DNA of 64,000 nt, taken from assembly GCA_963717585.1 (NCBI GenBank), contig CAVQWI010000004.1, forward strand, positions 16,299 through 80,298, given 5' to 3'. A model generated the notes under the pieces. That model saw only the letters and a list, made by a program, of their open reading frames with translations, was not told the origin of the DNA and did not search any database. Made by a program: the position numbers and the translations under genes. The DNA comes from an uncultured Actinomycetota bacterium. Lineage in GTDB: Bacteria > Actinomycetota > Actinomycetes > Actinomycetales > Microbacteriaceae. Positions 50,423 through 58,836 of the stretch are shown piece by piece (position 1 is the stretch's first letter; the number at the start of each line of letters is the position of its first letter).

Positions 50423-50992
50423 GTGATCAGACGCGCCGCGATCGGCATCCTGTGCCTCGCGGCGGTCGCCGTCGGGATCTGGTGGTTCGTTCCGCGCGAT
50501 TCCGTTGTGGCGGCGGATCCGATCCCGTCACCGGCGGCGATCGGACAGGTGATCCCCGGCATCCCGGTGGACGCATTCGAGATGACGGTGGAGAGCGTGC
50601 ACGACGGCGACACCCTCCGCGCCCGGGTGTCGACGCCCAATGCGGTCGTCACCGACCTCGAGTCCACGCGGGTTCGGCTCATCGGCCTGGACACACCCGA
50701 GATCTCGCCCTCGCTGGAGTGCTGGGGCGGCGAGGCGACGGTTCGGCTGACCGAGCTGGTTCCCCCCGGCTCCACCGTGTGGGCGGCGCCCGACAGCGAG
50801 GTGCTCGATCAGTACGGGCGGCATCTGCTCTACCTGTGGACACCCGACGGCAGGTTCGTCAACGCCGAGCTCCTCTCCGAGGGCGACGGGGCGGTCATGG
50901 TCTTCGCCCCGAACACCCTTCACGAGGCTCTGTTCCGCGCACTCGAGTCGGATGCCGCCATCGCGGCCCGCGGCATGTGGGGCGCCTGCTGA
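50423..50992 (+). CDS. Thermonuclease (SNase) family protein, secreted or membrane-anchored
   Basis: HDGDTL, VRLIGLDTPE, DQYGRHL, GMW; N-terminal TM segment. Confidence 0.92.
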   Translation: MIRRAAIGILCLAAVAVGIWWFVPRDSVVAADPIPSPAAIGQVIPGIPVDAFEMTVESVHDGDTLRARVSTPNAVVTDLESTRVRLIGLDTPEISPSLECWGGEATVRLTELVPPGSTVWAAPDSEVLDQYGRHLLYLWTPDGRFVNAELLSEGDGAVMVFAPNTLHEALFRALESDAAIAARGMWGAC

Positions 50993-51004
50993 CCGGAGTC
51001 CCGC

Positions 51005-51403
51005 TCAGGCGAACAGGAACAGCACGAACCCGATCAGCGGGAGCGTCCCCTGGATCAAAGCGGGGCGCAGGTATTTCCGTCCGCTGGTCAGCAGCACGAG
51101 GGATGCCGCGACCATCGAGCCGAGGCTGAACAGCAGCAGTGTCAGGCCCGCCGCCCGCAGCGTCGTGTCGTCGCCTCCGGCCCAGTACAGCACGATGCCG
51201 ATGATGGCGCCGATCGCCAGGAAGAGGTTGTAGAAGCCCTGGTTGTAGGCCATCGGCTTGGTGGTGTCGGCAGCGGCCTGGTCGGGCACGCCGAAGCGCT
51301 TCCACACGCGCGGCTGAGACCACTGCACGCTCTCCATGACGAAGATGTAGACGTGCAGGAGCGCGGCGAGCGCTCCGAACACCGTTGCGATGATCGCGAT
51401 CAT
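51005..51403 (-). CDS. DUF1304 membrane protein
   Basis: HVYIFVMES, NQGFYNLFLA. Confidence 0.88.
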   Translation of the reverse strand: MIAIIATVFGALAALLHVYIFVMESVQWSQPRVWKRFGVPDQAAADTTKPMAYNQGFYNLFLAIGAIIGIVLYWAGGDDTTLRAAGLTLLLFSLGSMVAASLVLLTSGRKYLRPALIQGTLPLIGFVLFLFA

Positions 51404-51451
51404 GAGCGAACCCTAGCGCCCGGTGCCGGTCGGGAATGGCATGCTGTCGGA

Positions 51452-52186
51452 ATGGCGAAGCACGGCGGTTCAGCGGGTCGGTCGCGTCGGTCGCCCGCGC
51501 CGACGCGTGCGGCGGGGAAAAGTCGAGATGCTGCGCCCCGTCGGGCCGCGAAGGCGCCGCAGTCGCCGTCAAGCCCTGAGTCCGTACCGGCCCCGGCGAC
51601 GTTCGTACTGGGGGCGATTCCGGGCGCGACTCCGGGCGGCTGGATCGACGCGTGGCGCGAGCGGATGCCGCAGACCGAGCTGGAGCTGCGCCCCATCGCC
51701 GTCGCGATGCAGCGCACGGCGCTGCTCGAGGAGGGGCTGGATGCCGCACTCGTGCGGCTGCCGATCGATCGAGACGGCCTCTCCGTGATTCCGCTGTACG
51801 ACGAGGTCGCGGTCGTCGTCACCTCCGCCGATTCGCACCTGACCGCCGCCGAGGAGCTCGACCTGGCCGATCTCGTCGGCGAGGTGCTGATCGTGCCGGA
51901 TGACGACGTGCTCAGGCTCGACGTTCCGGGAGCGGTCGCGGCATCCTTCGCGCCACCCGAAGACACCGAGCAGGCGATCGCGACCGTCGCTGCGGGCATC
52001 GGCATCGTCGTGGTCCCGATGTCGCTCGCGCGGCTGCACCGGCGCAAGGACGCCGCCTATCGGCCCCTGCTCGATGCCCCGCAGTCCACGGTCGCACTCG
52101 CGTGGCCCGCCGACCGCACCACGCCCGCGGTCGAGGCGTTCATCGGCATCGTCCGCGGGCGGACGCCGAACTCGTCGCGCGGCTGA
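51452..52186 (+). CDS. LysR substrate-binding-domain protein lacking the HTH
   Basis: LDAALVRLP, VAAGIGIVVVP, VALAW; N-terminus is basic and low-complexity. Confidence 0.8.
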   Translation: MAKHGGSAGRSRRSPAPTRAAGKSRDAAPRRAAKAPQSPSSPESVPAPATFVLGAIPGATPGGWIDAWRERMPQTELELRPIAVAMQRTALLEEGLDAALVRLPIDRDGLSVIPLYDEVAVVVTSADSHLTAAEELDLADLVGEVLIVPDDDVLRLDVPGAVAASFAPPEDTEQAIATVAAGIGIVVVPMSLARLHRRKDAAYRPLLDAPQSTVALAWPADRTTPAVEAFIGIVRGRTPNSSRG

Positions 52187-52235
52187 ACCCGCTGGTCTCT
52201 TCCCACTTCGCGGGGTAAGTCGACCGGCTCGGGAT

Positions 52236-52275
52236 CGGGGGATGTCGCGGACCTGGGTCTCTGCGACATCCCCCG
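52236..52275. terminator. 16-bp hairpin (possibly bidirectional terminator)
   Basis: CGGGGGATGTCGCGGA-cctgggtc-TCTGCGACATCCCCCG; no clear U-tract. Confidence 0.65.
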
Positions 52276-52378
52276 CCGAACGGCCCCGGAGACCCGGCGC
52301 CCCGAATGCGCCCGTCGATCTCCGTGCCCCCAGCGGCCGGGACCCCCCGGTGCCCGTCCTGCCCAGGGCCGTTCTATC
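52236..52378 (-). ncRNA. Putative structured small RNA downstream of the CHAT gene
   Basis: No convincing ORF; closing stem GAACGGCCC/GGGCCGTTC, internal stems, 16-bp 3' hairpin; putative ECF promoter directly upstream. Confidence 0.45.
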
Positions 52379-52384
52379 TACGCA

Positions 52385-52410
52385 GAGCACGCAGGGCGGC
52401 CGCTGATACA
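52385..52410 (-). promoter_or_regulatory. Putative ECF promoter, copy 2 (TGTATCAG-N15-CTC)
   Basis: Same 8-mer, spacing and GYGCTC as at 58023-58048. Confidence 0.55.
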
Positions 52411-52411
52411 T

Positions 52412-52499
52412 CGGATTCGGAAGTTCTCGGCGGATTCGGATCCATTCTTCGCACGCCTCCGAATCCGGTGCGCGGATCCGAATCCGGTGCGCGAATCCG
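52412..52499. repeat. Cluster of CGGATTCGGA repeats: two forward, three inverted
   Basis: Forward at 52412 and 52431; TCCGAATCCG at 52458 and 52477, partial at 52492. Confidence 0.8.
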
Positions 52500-52522
52500 G
52501 ATCAAGGGGCGGCGCGGAAGGC

Positions 52523-55015
52523 TCAGAACCCCGCGCCATGCGCCTGGAACGGCGCGATTATCCCGGTGCGCTCGGATGCCGCGGCCAGCGCCACGCTCGG
52601 CGCCTCGCCTGCGGCGAGCCCGGCGTGCATGGCAGCGAGCAGGTCGCACGCGACGTCGTCTGCGACGATCACGGGAGCCGCGATCACGCAGCGCGTTCCG
52701 GCGTGCAGCCAGATGCGGGTCATGCCCAGCGCCTCCTCGCCCCACAGCACCGACGACCGACCCACCTCGCATGCCGACAGGACGACCGTCGCCGGCAGCT
52801 GCGGCACGAGGTCGATGTCGTATCCGAACAGGGTGCCGTCGGCGAGTTCGATTCCGGAGAACAGCGGGTTGTCCGCGGTGTGCCTCCCATGGGCTGCCAC
52901 ATGCAGGACGTCCACACGCGACGCCAGATCGATGAATCCTCCGGAGACGGCGCGCTCGCCTCGGAGGATCGTCGGGGCCGACCAGGCGGATGCCGCGGCC
53001 TCCACTTCCTCGTCACCTCGTTCGACCCGCGGACCCGCCACGAAGCCTGCCGCTTCCGACATGTCCCAGCCCTGGCTGCGATCGCGCATCCATCGCGATG
53101 CGGAGGGCGCGACCGTCAGCACCCGTGCACGCAGGCCGGGAAGCATCATCCAGGGCATTCCCGAAAGCACGCCCGGGGCGGTCAGGACGATGCGGCTGTC
53201 GCTGCTCAGGAATCGCCTGATCGGGGCAACCAGTACGGCCGACAGCGCGTTCAGTCGATCTTCGAGCGCGGCCCGCACGACGGCTGCCATCGGTCCTGTC
53301 GTCACCTTGGCAGACACGTCGAGGTCGGCACGGAGGCCGCTGAGAGCCGATCTGGCGGCCTTCCAGTCCAGCTCGACGAACTCGACCCGCGTCGGGGATG
53401 CGACGAGCACGGCCAGCCGCATCCCGTCGAAGATGTAGGAGAGGAGCACGTCCTCGCTCCCGAGGCTCTCCCGCACGTCGCCGAGCGAGGTCCGGGCGTG
53501 CGCTTCTCCGGCCCCCGTGTGCGACCACTGGCGCTCGCGCGCCCGATCCCGCAGCACCGCGGCTCGGGGTGTCGCCAGCCAGTCTCCGTCCGGCTCGGCG
53601 GTGCGCAGGACCCGCAGTTCGGCGAGATCAGCCGCCAGCTTCGGGTCGGGCGGAGGGCGCACCGGGATGATCGGCTGGGCCGCAAGCCGAGCGCGTTCCG
53701 CCCAGTCGAAGATCACGTCGTGCCGCCCAGACCGCACGGCGGAGGACAGGCCCGTCGTGATGAGGCCCGAACCGCGCATGGCAGCGGAGACCTGCAGGTC
53801 GAGGCTGCCGACGGCCTGCTGAGTCCGGTCGATCAGCTCCAGGCCGCGCGCGGCGTGCCTGCGCACCTCGGACTCCCGGTTCCGGGCGGCGGCATGCGCT
53901 GCCCGCAGCTCATGCGCGAGCAGCGCCGGCTCGAGCGGCATCCGGCTGCCGATCCGCACCGCGGGCATCGCGGCGGCCGGGTTGCGGCGGATGCGAGCGA
54001 GCGCCTCGGTGAGCCGGAGCGCCTCCGCTTCCGGCTCGAAGCCGTGGGCGCGCAGGAGGTCGACGACCTCGGCGACCGACTGGGGGGAGGGAAGGCGACG
54101 CGGCACCCGAACCGGCGTACCCGTGCGGTCGATCCGCCCGACAGCGAGCCGCGCGCGGAGCAGGATCGCCTCGGCCCGCACCGCCCAGCCGGGACTGCCG
54201 ACGCTGCTGAAGCGCCGCGCCGCAGCAGCCGCGACGAGTGCAGCGCGCTCGGGATCGTGACTGAGGAGCGATCGAGCGAGATGGTAATCCGCCGTCGCGC
54301 GTTCGCGGGGAGCGCGGTGACGACCGAACGCCTGGGAGACGCTCTGGAGGCTGGTCTCGGCCTCCGTCACCAGGCCCGCCTCGCGCAGGACTTCGGCGCG
54401 ATCCAGTTCGTTGATGGCCGCCCAGACTTCCGATTCGCCGTCGAGCGGCTCCCGCACCGACTGCATGGTCTTCAGCGCTGTCACGAGGTCGCCGGCGAGC
54501 ATCATCGTGTAGCCGCGGTTGTGGATCGCCAGGTTGACCTCGTCCGTCAGCCCGGCATCCCGATACGCGGTCTCGGCCAACTCGAGGTCGGCCATCACGA
54601 CATCGAGCCGGCCGCGCTGCATGTCGACCAGGGTGCGGTTGAGTCGCATGTTGGCCTGACGAACCGGCGCGTCCGCGAGTCCGCGGATGCTCTTGGTCAG
54701 CCACTCCGCGGCGTCGTCGAGCAGACCGCGCTCGAGTGCCAGAGCACCCAGTTGTCCCTGCAGCTGCGCCACGGTCGCAGGTGACAGACCGCCGCGAGCG
54801 AGGATGTCCAGACACAGCCGCTCGCCGGCATCGACGTCGCCCAGACGCGCGAGCACATAGGCGGTCGTTCCCGCTATGCGGGCCTGCAGCTCGACGTCGC
54901 CGTCGGCGGTCGCCCGCGCCGCAGCGGTCGCGAGAGTGCGGCGCGCCACTGCATAGCGACCCCGGTTCGCCTGCAGCACGCCCCGCTCGTACAGATCCCC
55001 TGCGGTGGCCCCCAC
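52523..55015 (-). CDS. TPR plus CHAT domain caspase-like protease
   Basis: N-terminal TPR helices; catalytic His in VLHVAAHG and Cys in VVLSACEVG. Confidence 0.92.
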   Translation of the reverse strand: MGATAGDLYERGVLQANRGRYAVARRTLATAAARATADGDVELQARIAGTTAYVLARLGDVDAGERLCLDILARGGLSPATVAQLQGQLGALALERGLLDDAAEWLTKSIRGLADAPVRQANMRLNRTLVDMQRGRLDVVMADLELAETAYRDAGLTDEVNLAIHNRGYTMMLAGDLVTALKTMQSVREPLDGESEVWAAINELDRAEVLREAGLVTEAETSLQSVSQAFGRHRAPRERATADYHLARSLLSHDPERAALVAAAAARRFSSVGSPGWAVRAEAILLRARLAVGRIDRTGTPVRVPRRLPSPQSVAEVVDLLRAHGFEPEAEALRLTEALARIRRNPAAAMPAVRIGSRMPLEPALLAHELRAAHAAARNRESEVRRHAARGLELIDRTQQAVGSLDLQVSAAMRGSGLITTGLSSAVRSGRHDVIFDWAERARLAAQPIIPVRPPPDPKLAADLAELRVLRTAEPDGDWLATPRAAVLRDRARERQWSHTGAGEAHARTSLGDVRESLGSEDVLLSYIFDGMRLAVLVASPTRVEFVELDWKAARSALSGLRADLDVSAKVTTGPMAAVVRAALEDRLNALSAVLVAPIRRFLSSDSRIVLTAPGVLSGMPWMMLPGLRARVLTVAPSASRWMRDRSQGWDMSEAAGFVAGPRVERGDEEVEAAASAWSAPTILRGERAVSGGFIDLASRVDVLHVAAHGRHTADNPLFSGIELADGTLFGYDIDLVPQLPATVVLSACEVGRSSVLWGEEALGMTRIWLHAGTRCVIAAPVIVADDVACDLLAAMHAGLAAGEAPSVALAAASERTGIIAPFQAHGAGF

Positions 55016-55080
55016 GTAGCCATGATGGCGCGCCCTGCGCCCACGCGCGAGCAGCGCTCACGTGGCGGCGGTGCGCCCGG

Positions 55081-56862
55081 CTATGTGGTCTTGCGCGACT
55101 TGTCCATCGCCGTGATCTTGGTCAGGGCCTTCTCGACCGGGGATCCGGACCCCCTGGCGAGCCTGCTCCCCGTCATCAGCGAATCGCCGAGCTCCTTCGC
55201 GATCATCGCGGCGACGAACGGCGAGGCGAAGGAGGTGCCGCTCCAGATCGCGAACCCGCCGGTGAAGTCGTCGGGATCGAGGCTCTGCCGATACCGCTTC
55301 ATCCGATCGTTCTTCGAGCCGGACTGGACACCGCCCTCGAGGTGGGGGAACACGCTCACCACCGACGTTCCCGGTGCGTACGTGGTCACCCAGTCGCCGA
55401 TGTTGCTGTACAGCGCGACGGAGGTGTTCTGGGGATTCAGCGCCCCCACGGCGAGGTGACGCTGGAGACCCGCCTGCTCCCGGAGTTTGAGTGCTGGATC
55501 GCCGCCCTTCCACAGTGCCGCAGGGAAGGTCGGGCGATCGGTCGCGTCATTGCCGGCAGAGCACACGATGACGCATCCGCGAGCGCGCAGCCGGCAGAGC
55601 GCTTCATGCAGGCGAAGGCTGAATCGGCCGTCCTCGGGAGTCTCGTGATAGTAGCCGAGCGACAGGTTCAGCACATCGATGTGGTGCGGGTCTCGCTTCG
55701 TGCCCGCAGCCGCCCAGTCCGCGAGGTCCTCGATCGCGTCGATGAGCTCACTCTCGATCACGGTGCCGTTGCTGTCGGCGACCCGGATGGAGATGAGGTT
55801 GGCTTCCGGCGCGACCTGACGGATGATCCCCGCGACGAACGTGCCGTGTCCCGCGGCCGCATCCAGGAATCCGTCGAGCGGACCGGACTGGTCGCCGTAG
55901 ACCTCGGGATCGGTGTTCGGGTCGTCGATGCCGATCACTCCGCCCTTGCTCTTGGACCAGGTGAGGGCGCGTCGGACGATGTCGTCCCGGCGCTCGGAGC
56001 CCGCGGGCAGCCAGCCATCGATGGTGCCGCAGCCGGTGTCGACGAATGCCACGACAGGACGCCGCCCGCCCTTCGCGACCTGCTGAACACGCGCGGGCGC
56101 CGGGCCGATGTAGGTGACCACTTCCAGCCCGCCCGTGCCCGGGTAGGCGTAGCCGACGACCCCGGCCGGGTTGGTCTGACCGTGCGGCGCATTGGTCCGG
56201 CCGTGCGGGTTGGTCTGTCCGTGGGGATTCGTCTGACCGTGCGGATTGACCCCGATCGGGTCGATGGTCAGGATGTGATCCAATCCCACGGCTCGAAGTC
56301 GCGGGTCGTCTCCGCCATCGTTCTCACCGCTGGCCGCGACCTCGCGCCGCCGGTCGAGTTCCTTCGAGGCTTCCAACGAGATGTCGCGCTTGATCTGCGC
56401 GCTCTCCTCCGGGGGTGGAGTCAGTGCGGATCCGGCCAGCCCGGCACCTCTGGCGCTCGACCTCGATCCCCTGCGTCCCGACGCGCGCTGCTGTTCGATC
56501 GCCTTGCGGCGAGCCTGCTGCAGAAGGCGCCACGCGTCGATGGGCGGGACCGGCTCGTCGTCGCGCCTCCGCTTGGGCGCCTGGACGATGCGGGCTCGCG
56601 TCAGCTCGCCGCCGGCCTGATCCTCGGTGCGAATCGTCTCCTGCTCGATCTCCCAGCCGAGTTCCGCGCCGGCCTCGGTGAGCAGGTCGCTGACTCCGTC
56701 GGTGCTGCCCGAGATCAGGAGATGGCCGGGCACATACGCCGTGGCGAAGGCCTGGAGCCCGGGAACCGGCTCTCGCCGGGGGTCGAGCAGGGCCCCTCGG
56801 GATTCACTGGCGGCCTCCCGCTCTCTCCACGGGCGGATTTCGGGCGCGACGCCGTCAGCCAT
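55081..56862 (-). CDS. S8 family subtilisin-like serine peptidase without signal peptide
   Basis: Triad motifs FVDTG, GHGTFVAG, SGTSFASP; oxyanion SAGND; GAAAGG RBS. Confidence 0.93.
   Translation of the reverse strand: MADGVAPEIRPWREREAASESRGALLDPRREPVPGLQAFATAYVPGHLLISGSTDGVSDLLTEAGAELGWEIEQETIRTEDQAGGELTRARIVQAPKRRRDDEPVPPIDAWRLLQQARRKAIEQQRASGRRGSRSSARGAGLAGSALTPPPEESAQIKRDISLEASKELDRRREVAASGENDGGDDPRLRAVGLDHILTIDPIGVNPHGQTNPHGQTNPHGRTNAPHGQTNPAGVVGYAYPGTGGLEVVTYIGPAPARVQQVAKGGRRPVVAFVDTGCGTIDGWLPAGSERRDDIVRRALTWSKSKGGVIGIDDPNTDPEVYGDQSGPLDGFLDAAAGHGTFVAGIIRQVAPEANLISIRVADSNGTVIESELIDAIEDLADWAAAGTKRDPHHIDVLNLSLGYYHETPEDGRFSLRLHEALCRLRARGCVIVCSAGNDATDRPTFPAALWKGGDPALKLREQAGLQRHLAVGALNPQNTSVALYSNIGDWVTTYAPGTSVVSVFPHLEGGVQSGSKNDRMKRYRQSLDPDDFTGGFAIWSGTSFASPFVAAMIAKELGDSLMTGSRLARGSGSPVEKALTKITAMDKSRKTT
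56167..56247 (-). repeat. Coding tandem repeat (NPHGQT)x4 in the S8 peptidase
   Basis: NPHGQT-NPHGQT-NPHGRT-NAPHGQT-NP with synonymous differences between copies. Confidence 0.9.
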
Positions 56863-56918
56863 GATTCATGCCTTTCGTTCACAGAGAAAGGGATGCCCCG
56901 GCCGGGACATCCTGTGGT

Positions 56919-57389
56919 TCACACTTCGAACTGCGGGGTCTGAAAGTCGTGGAGCTCGTCATCCGCGCCGCGCACGACGAGACGAAGCCGGCAGACGCCG
57001 GGAGGGATGCTGTCGAACGCGAATCGCCCGTGCTCGCCGGGGTCGGCGCTCCACTCGCGATCCCCCTGGCTGAGGCGGATGGCGAGAGCCGCGGCATCCA
57101 CCCACCCGTCGATGCGGCACGAGCCGTCATCGGTCGCCGACACGTGCAGGAGCACACTCGTGGTTCCGTCGCTGAACTGGAGCGTCGCGGTGTCGGTCTC
57201 GCCGCGCACGGCGGCCAGCTGGGATCCCTCGACCAGGGTCAGCAGCGCATACTCCCGCGACAGGTCCTCGACGGCGACGGTCGCCACCATCCGGTCGACG
57301 AGGTCGGCCGGTGCAGGATCGATGTCCTGCCACATCTCCCGCATCCGGGCGAACAGGGCCGCGTCCGCGGCGAAGTCTTCAGTCTCCAT
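56919..57389 (-). CDS. Small protein coupled to the ECF sigma (putative anti-sigma or adaptor)
   Basis: Start overlaps the sigma 3' end; helical N-terminus (DPAPADLVDR), beta-rich C-terminus (GRFAFDSIPPG..RL); function inferred. Confidence 0.75.
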   Translation of the reverse strand: METEDFAADAALFARMREMWQDIDPAPADLVDRMVATVAVEDLSREYALLTLVEGSQLAAVRGETDTATLQFSDGTTSVLLHVSATDDGSCRIDGWVDAAALAIRLSQGDREWSADPGEHGRFAFDSIPPGVCRLRLVVRGADDELHDFQTPQFEV

Positions 57390-57996
57390 TGGAATCCCCT
57401 CCCCAACCGTCGCCCTCGAGCAGGGCGCGAAGCTTTGCGAGACACCGCTGGCGGGTCGGCCCGATCGATCCGATCGGCATCGCCATGTCCTGGGCGATGC
57501 GTGCGTAATCGGGACGTTCGTCGAACGCCACGATGCGCAGCAGACGCTGGCACCGATCGTTCAGCCGGCCCACTGCCTGCCACAGGCGACGGGATTCGTC
57601 GTCGGTGGCGGCGGTCTCTTCTGCGGACTCCCGGGCGGGAAGATGCGGTTCGAGGCTTTCGGTCTCGGTCGGGTCCGCGCGGCGTTGGAGCTTGCCCACC
57701 CGCCACGCCTCACGCCGAGCCACCATCGTCAGCCACCCCGAGACGGCCTGAGGCTCGGCGATCGACTCGTGCCGGCGCACCAGGGTGAGCCAGGTCGTCT
57801 GCACGACGTCTTCGGCGAGCGCCCGGTCGAGACCGTACGCGCGCACGACATGCCAGAGCAGCGGAGTCATCAGTCGGACCAGTTCGTCCATCGCGCGGGT
57901 GTCCCCGTCGCGCCATCTGAGGAACAGCTGAGCAGCGCGCTCCCAGCGCGTCGGCTCGGCGGAGTCGACGGATGCCTCGGCGCTCTCATGCGTCAT
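57379..57996 (-). CDS. ECF-family RNA polymerase sigma factor (alternative in-frame starts at 58005 and 58014)
   Basis: Region 2 AEDVVQTTW...WLTMVARREAWR; region 4 YARIAQDMAMPIGSIGPTRQRCLAKLR. Confidence 0.93.
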   Translation of the reverse strand: MTHESAEASVDSAEPTRWERAAQLFLRWRDGDTRAMDELVRLMTPLLWHVVRAYGLDRALAEDVVQTTWLTLVRRHESIAEPQAVSGWLTMVARREAWRVGKLQRRADPTETESLEPHLPARESAEETAATDDESRRLWQAVGRLNDRCQRLLRIVAFDERPDYARIAQDMAMPIGSIGPTRQRCLAKLRALLEGDGWGGDSNGD

Positions 57997-58022
57997 AGCG
58001 CCCATTGTGTCCACACTTGAGG

Positions 58023-58048
58023 GAGCGCGAAAGGACATCTCTGATACA
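58023..58048 (-). promoter_or_regulatory. Putative autoregulatory ECF promoter, copy 1 (TGTATCAG-N15-CTC)
   Basis: Directly upstream of the sigma gene; repeated at 52385-52410. Confidence 0.55.
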
Positions 58049-58077
58049 CCCGCCCAGCTCGGCTTTAGAATCACGCC

Positions 58078-58833
58078 ATGACGACCGCTCCGCTGCTCTA
58101 CGTATGCGTGCGGCCCCAGCAGGGCGCGGCGGCGGCGGAATATGAATCGTTCCGCTCCGCGGCGCATCTCGACGCCATTCAGCTCGCGCAGCTGGACCTT
58201 GTCCGGGAGCCGCTGCCGACCGACGTCTTCGAGCAGTACAGCGGCTTCCTGATCGGAGGGAGCCCGTTCAACGTCACCGATCCCGAATCCACGAAGACCG
58301 ACGTCCAGCGCCGTCTCGAGGCCGACCTGGAGCGCATCGCCACCGGCGCGATGACGGCGCCCTCGGAGGCCGGCAGCGCCCCGGCCTTCTTCACCTGCTA
58401 CGGCATCGGAGTCGTCACCCGCCTGCTCGGCGGAGTGGTCAGCCGCGCTCACCCCGAAGACACAGGGCCGGTCGGCATCGACCTCACGGCGGCCGGCGAG
58501 AGCGACCCGCTTCTCGGCACCCTCGCCCGCCGCTTCACCGCCCTCACCGCCCACAAGGAGGGATCGGCGGTCGCGCCGCCCGGAGCCGCGCTGCTTGCTA
58601 CGAACGTCGCGTGCCCCGTGCAGGCGTACCGGGTCGGCGAGCGCCTGTACGCGACCCAGTTCCACCCCGAGCCGACGACGCGCGCCTTCACCGAGCGCAT
58701 GGCGGTCTATCGCGATGACGGGTACTTTCCCGCCGACCACTACGAAACGGTCGCTGCCCGGGTGCTCGCGGCATCCGTCACCGAACCGGCACGCCTGATT
58801 CGGGCGTTCGCGCGCGCATTCGGCCCTGCCTGA
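58078..58833 (+). CDS. Class I glutamine amidotransferase (GMP synthase-like)
   Basis: GGSPFN, TCYGIG, TQFHPE; leaderless -10 TAGAAT. Confidence 0.9.
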   Translation: MTTAPLLYVCVRPQQGAAAAEYESFRSAAHLDAIQLAQLDLVREPLPTDVFEQYSGFLIGGSPFNVTDPESTKTDVQRRLEADLERIATGAMTAPSEAGSAPAFFTCYGIGVVTRLLGGVVSRAHPEDTGPVGIDLTAAGESDPLLGTLARRFTALTAHKEGSAVAPPGAALLATNVACPVQAYRVGERLYATQFHPEPTTRAFTERMAVYRDDGYFPADHYETVAARVLAASVTEPARLIRAFARAFGPA

Positions 58834-58836
58834 CTC

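Noticed and set aside
52412-52499. Possible CRISPR array beside the CHAT protease (Craspase-like)
   Set aside because: Units are 10 bp, in both orientations, without spacers of CRISPR length; no Cas7-11 or other cas gene
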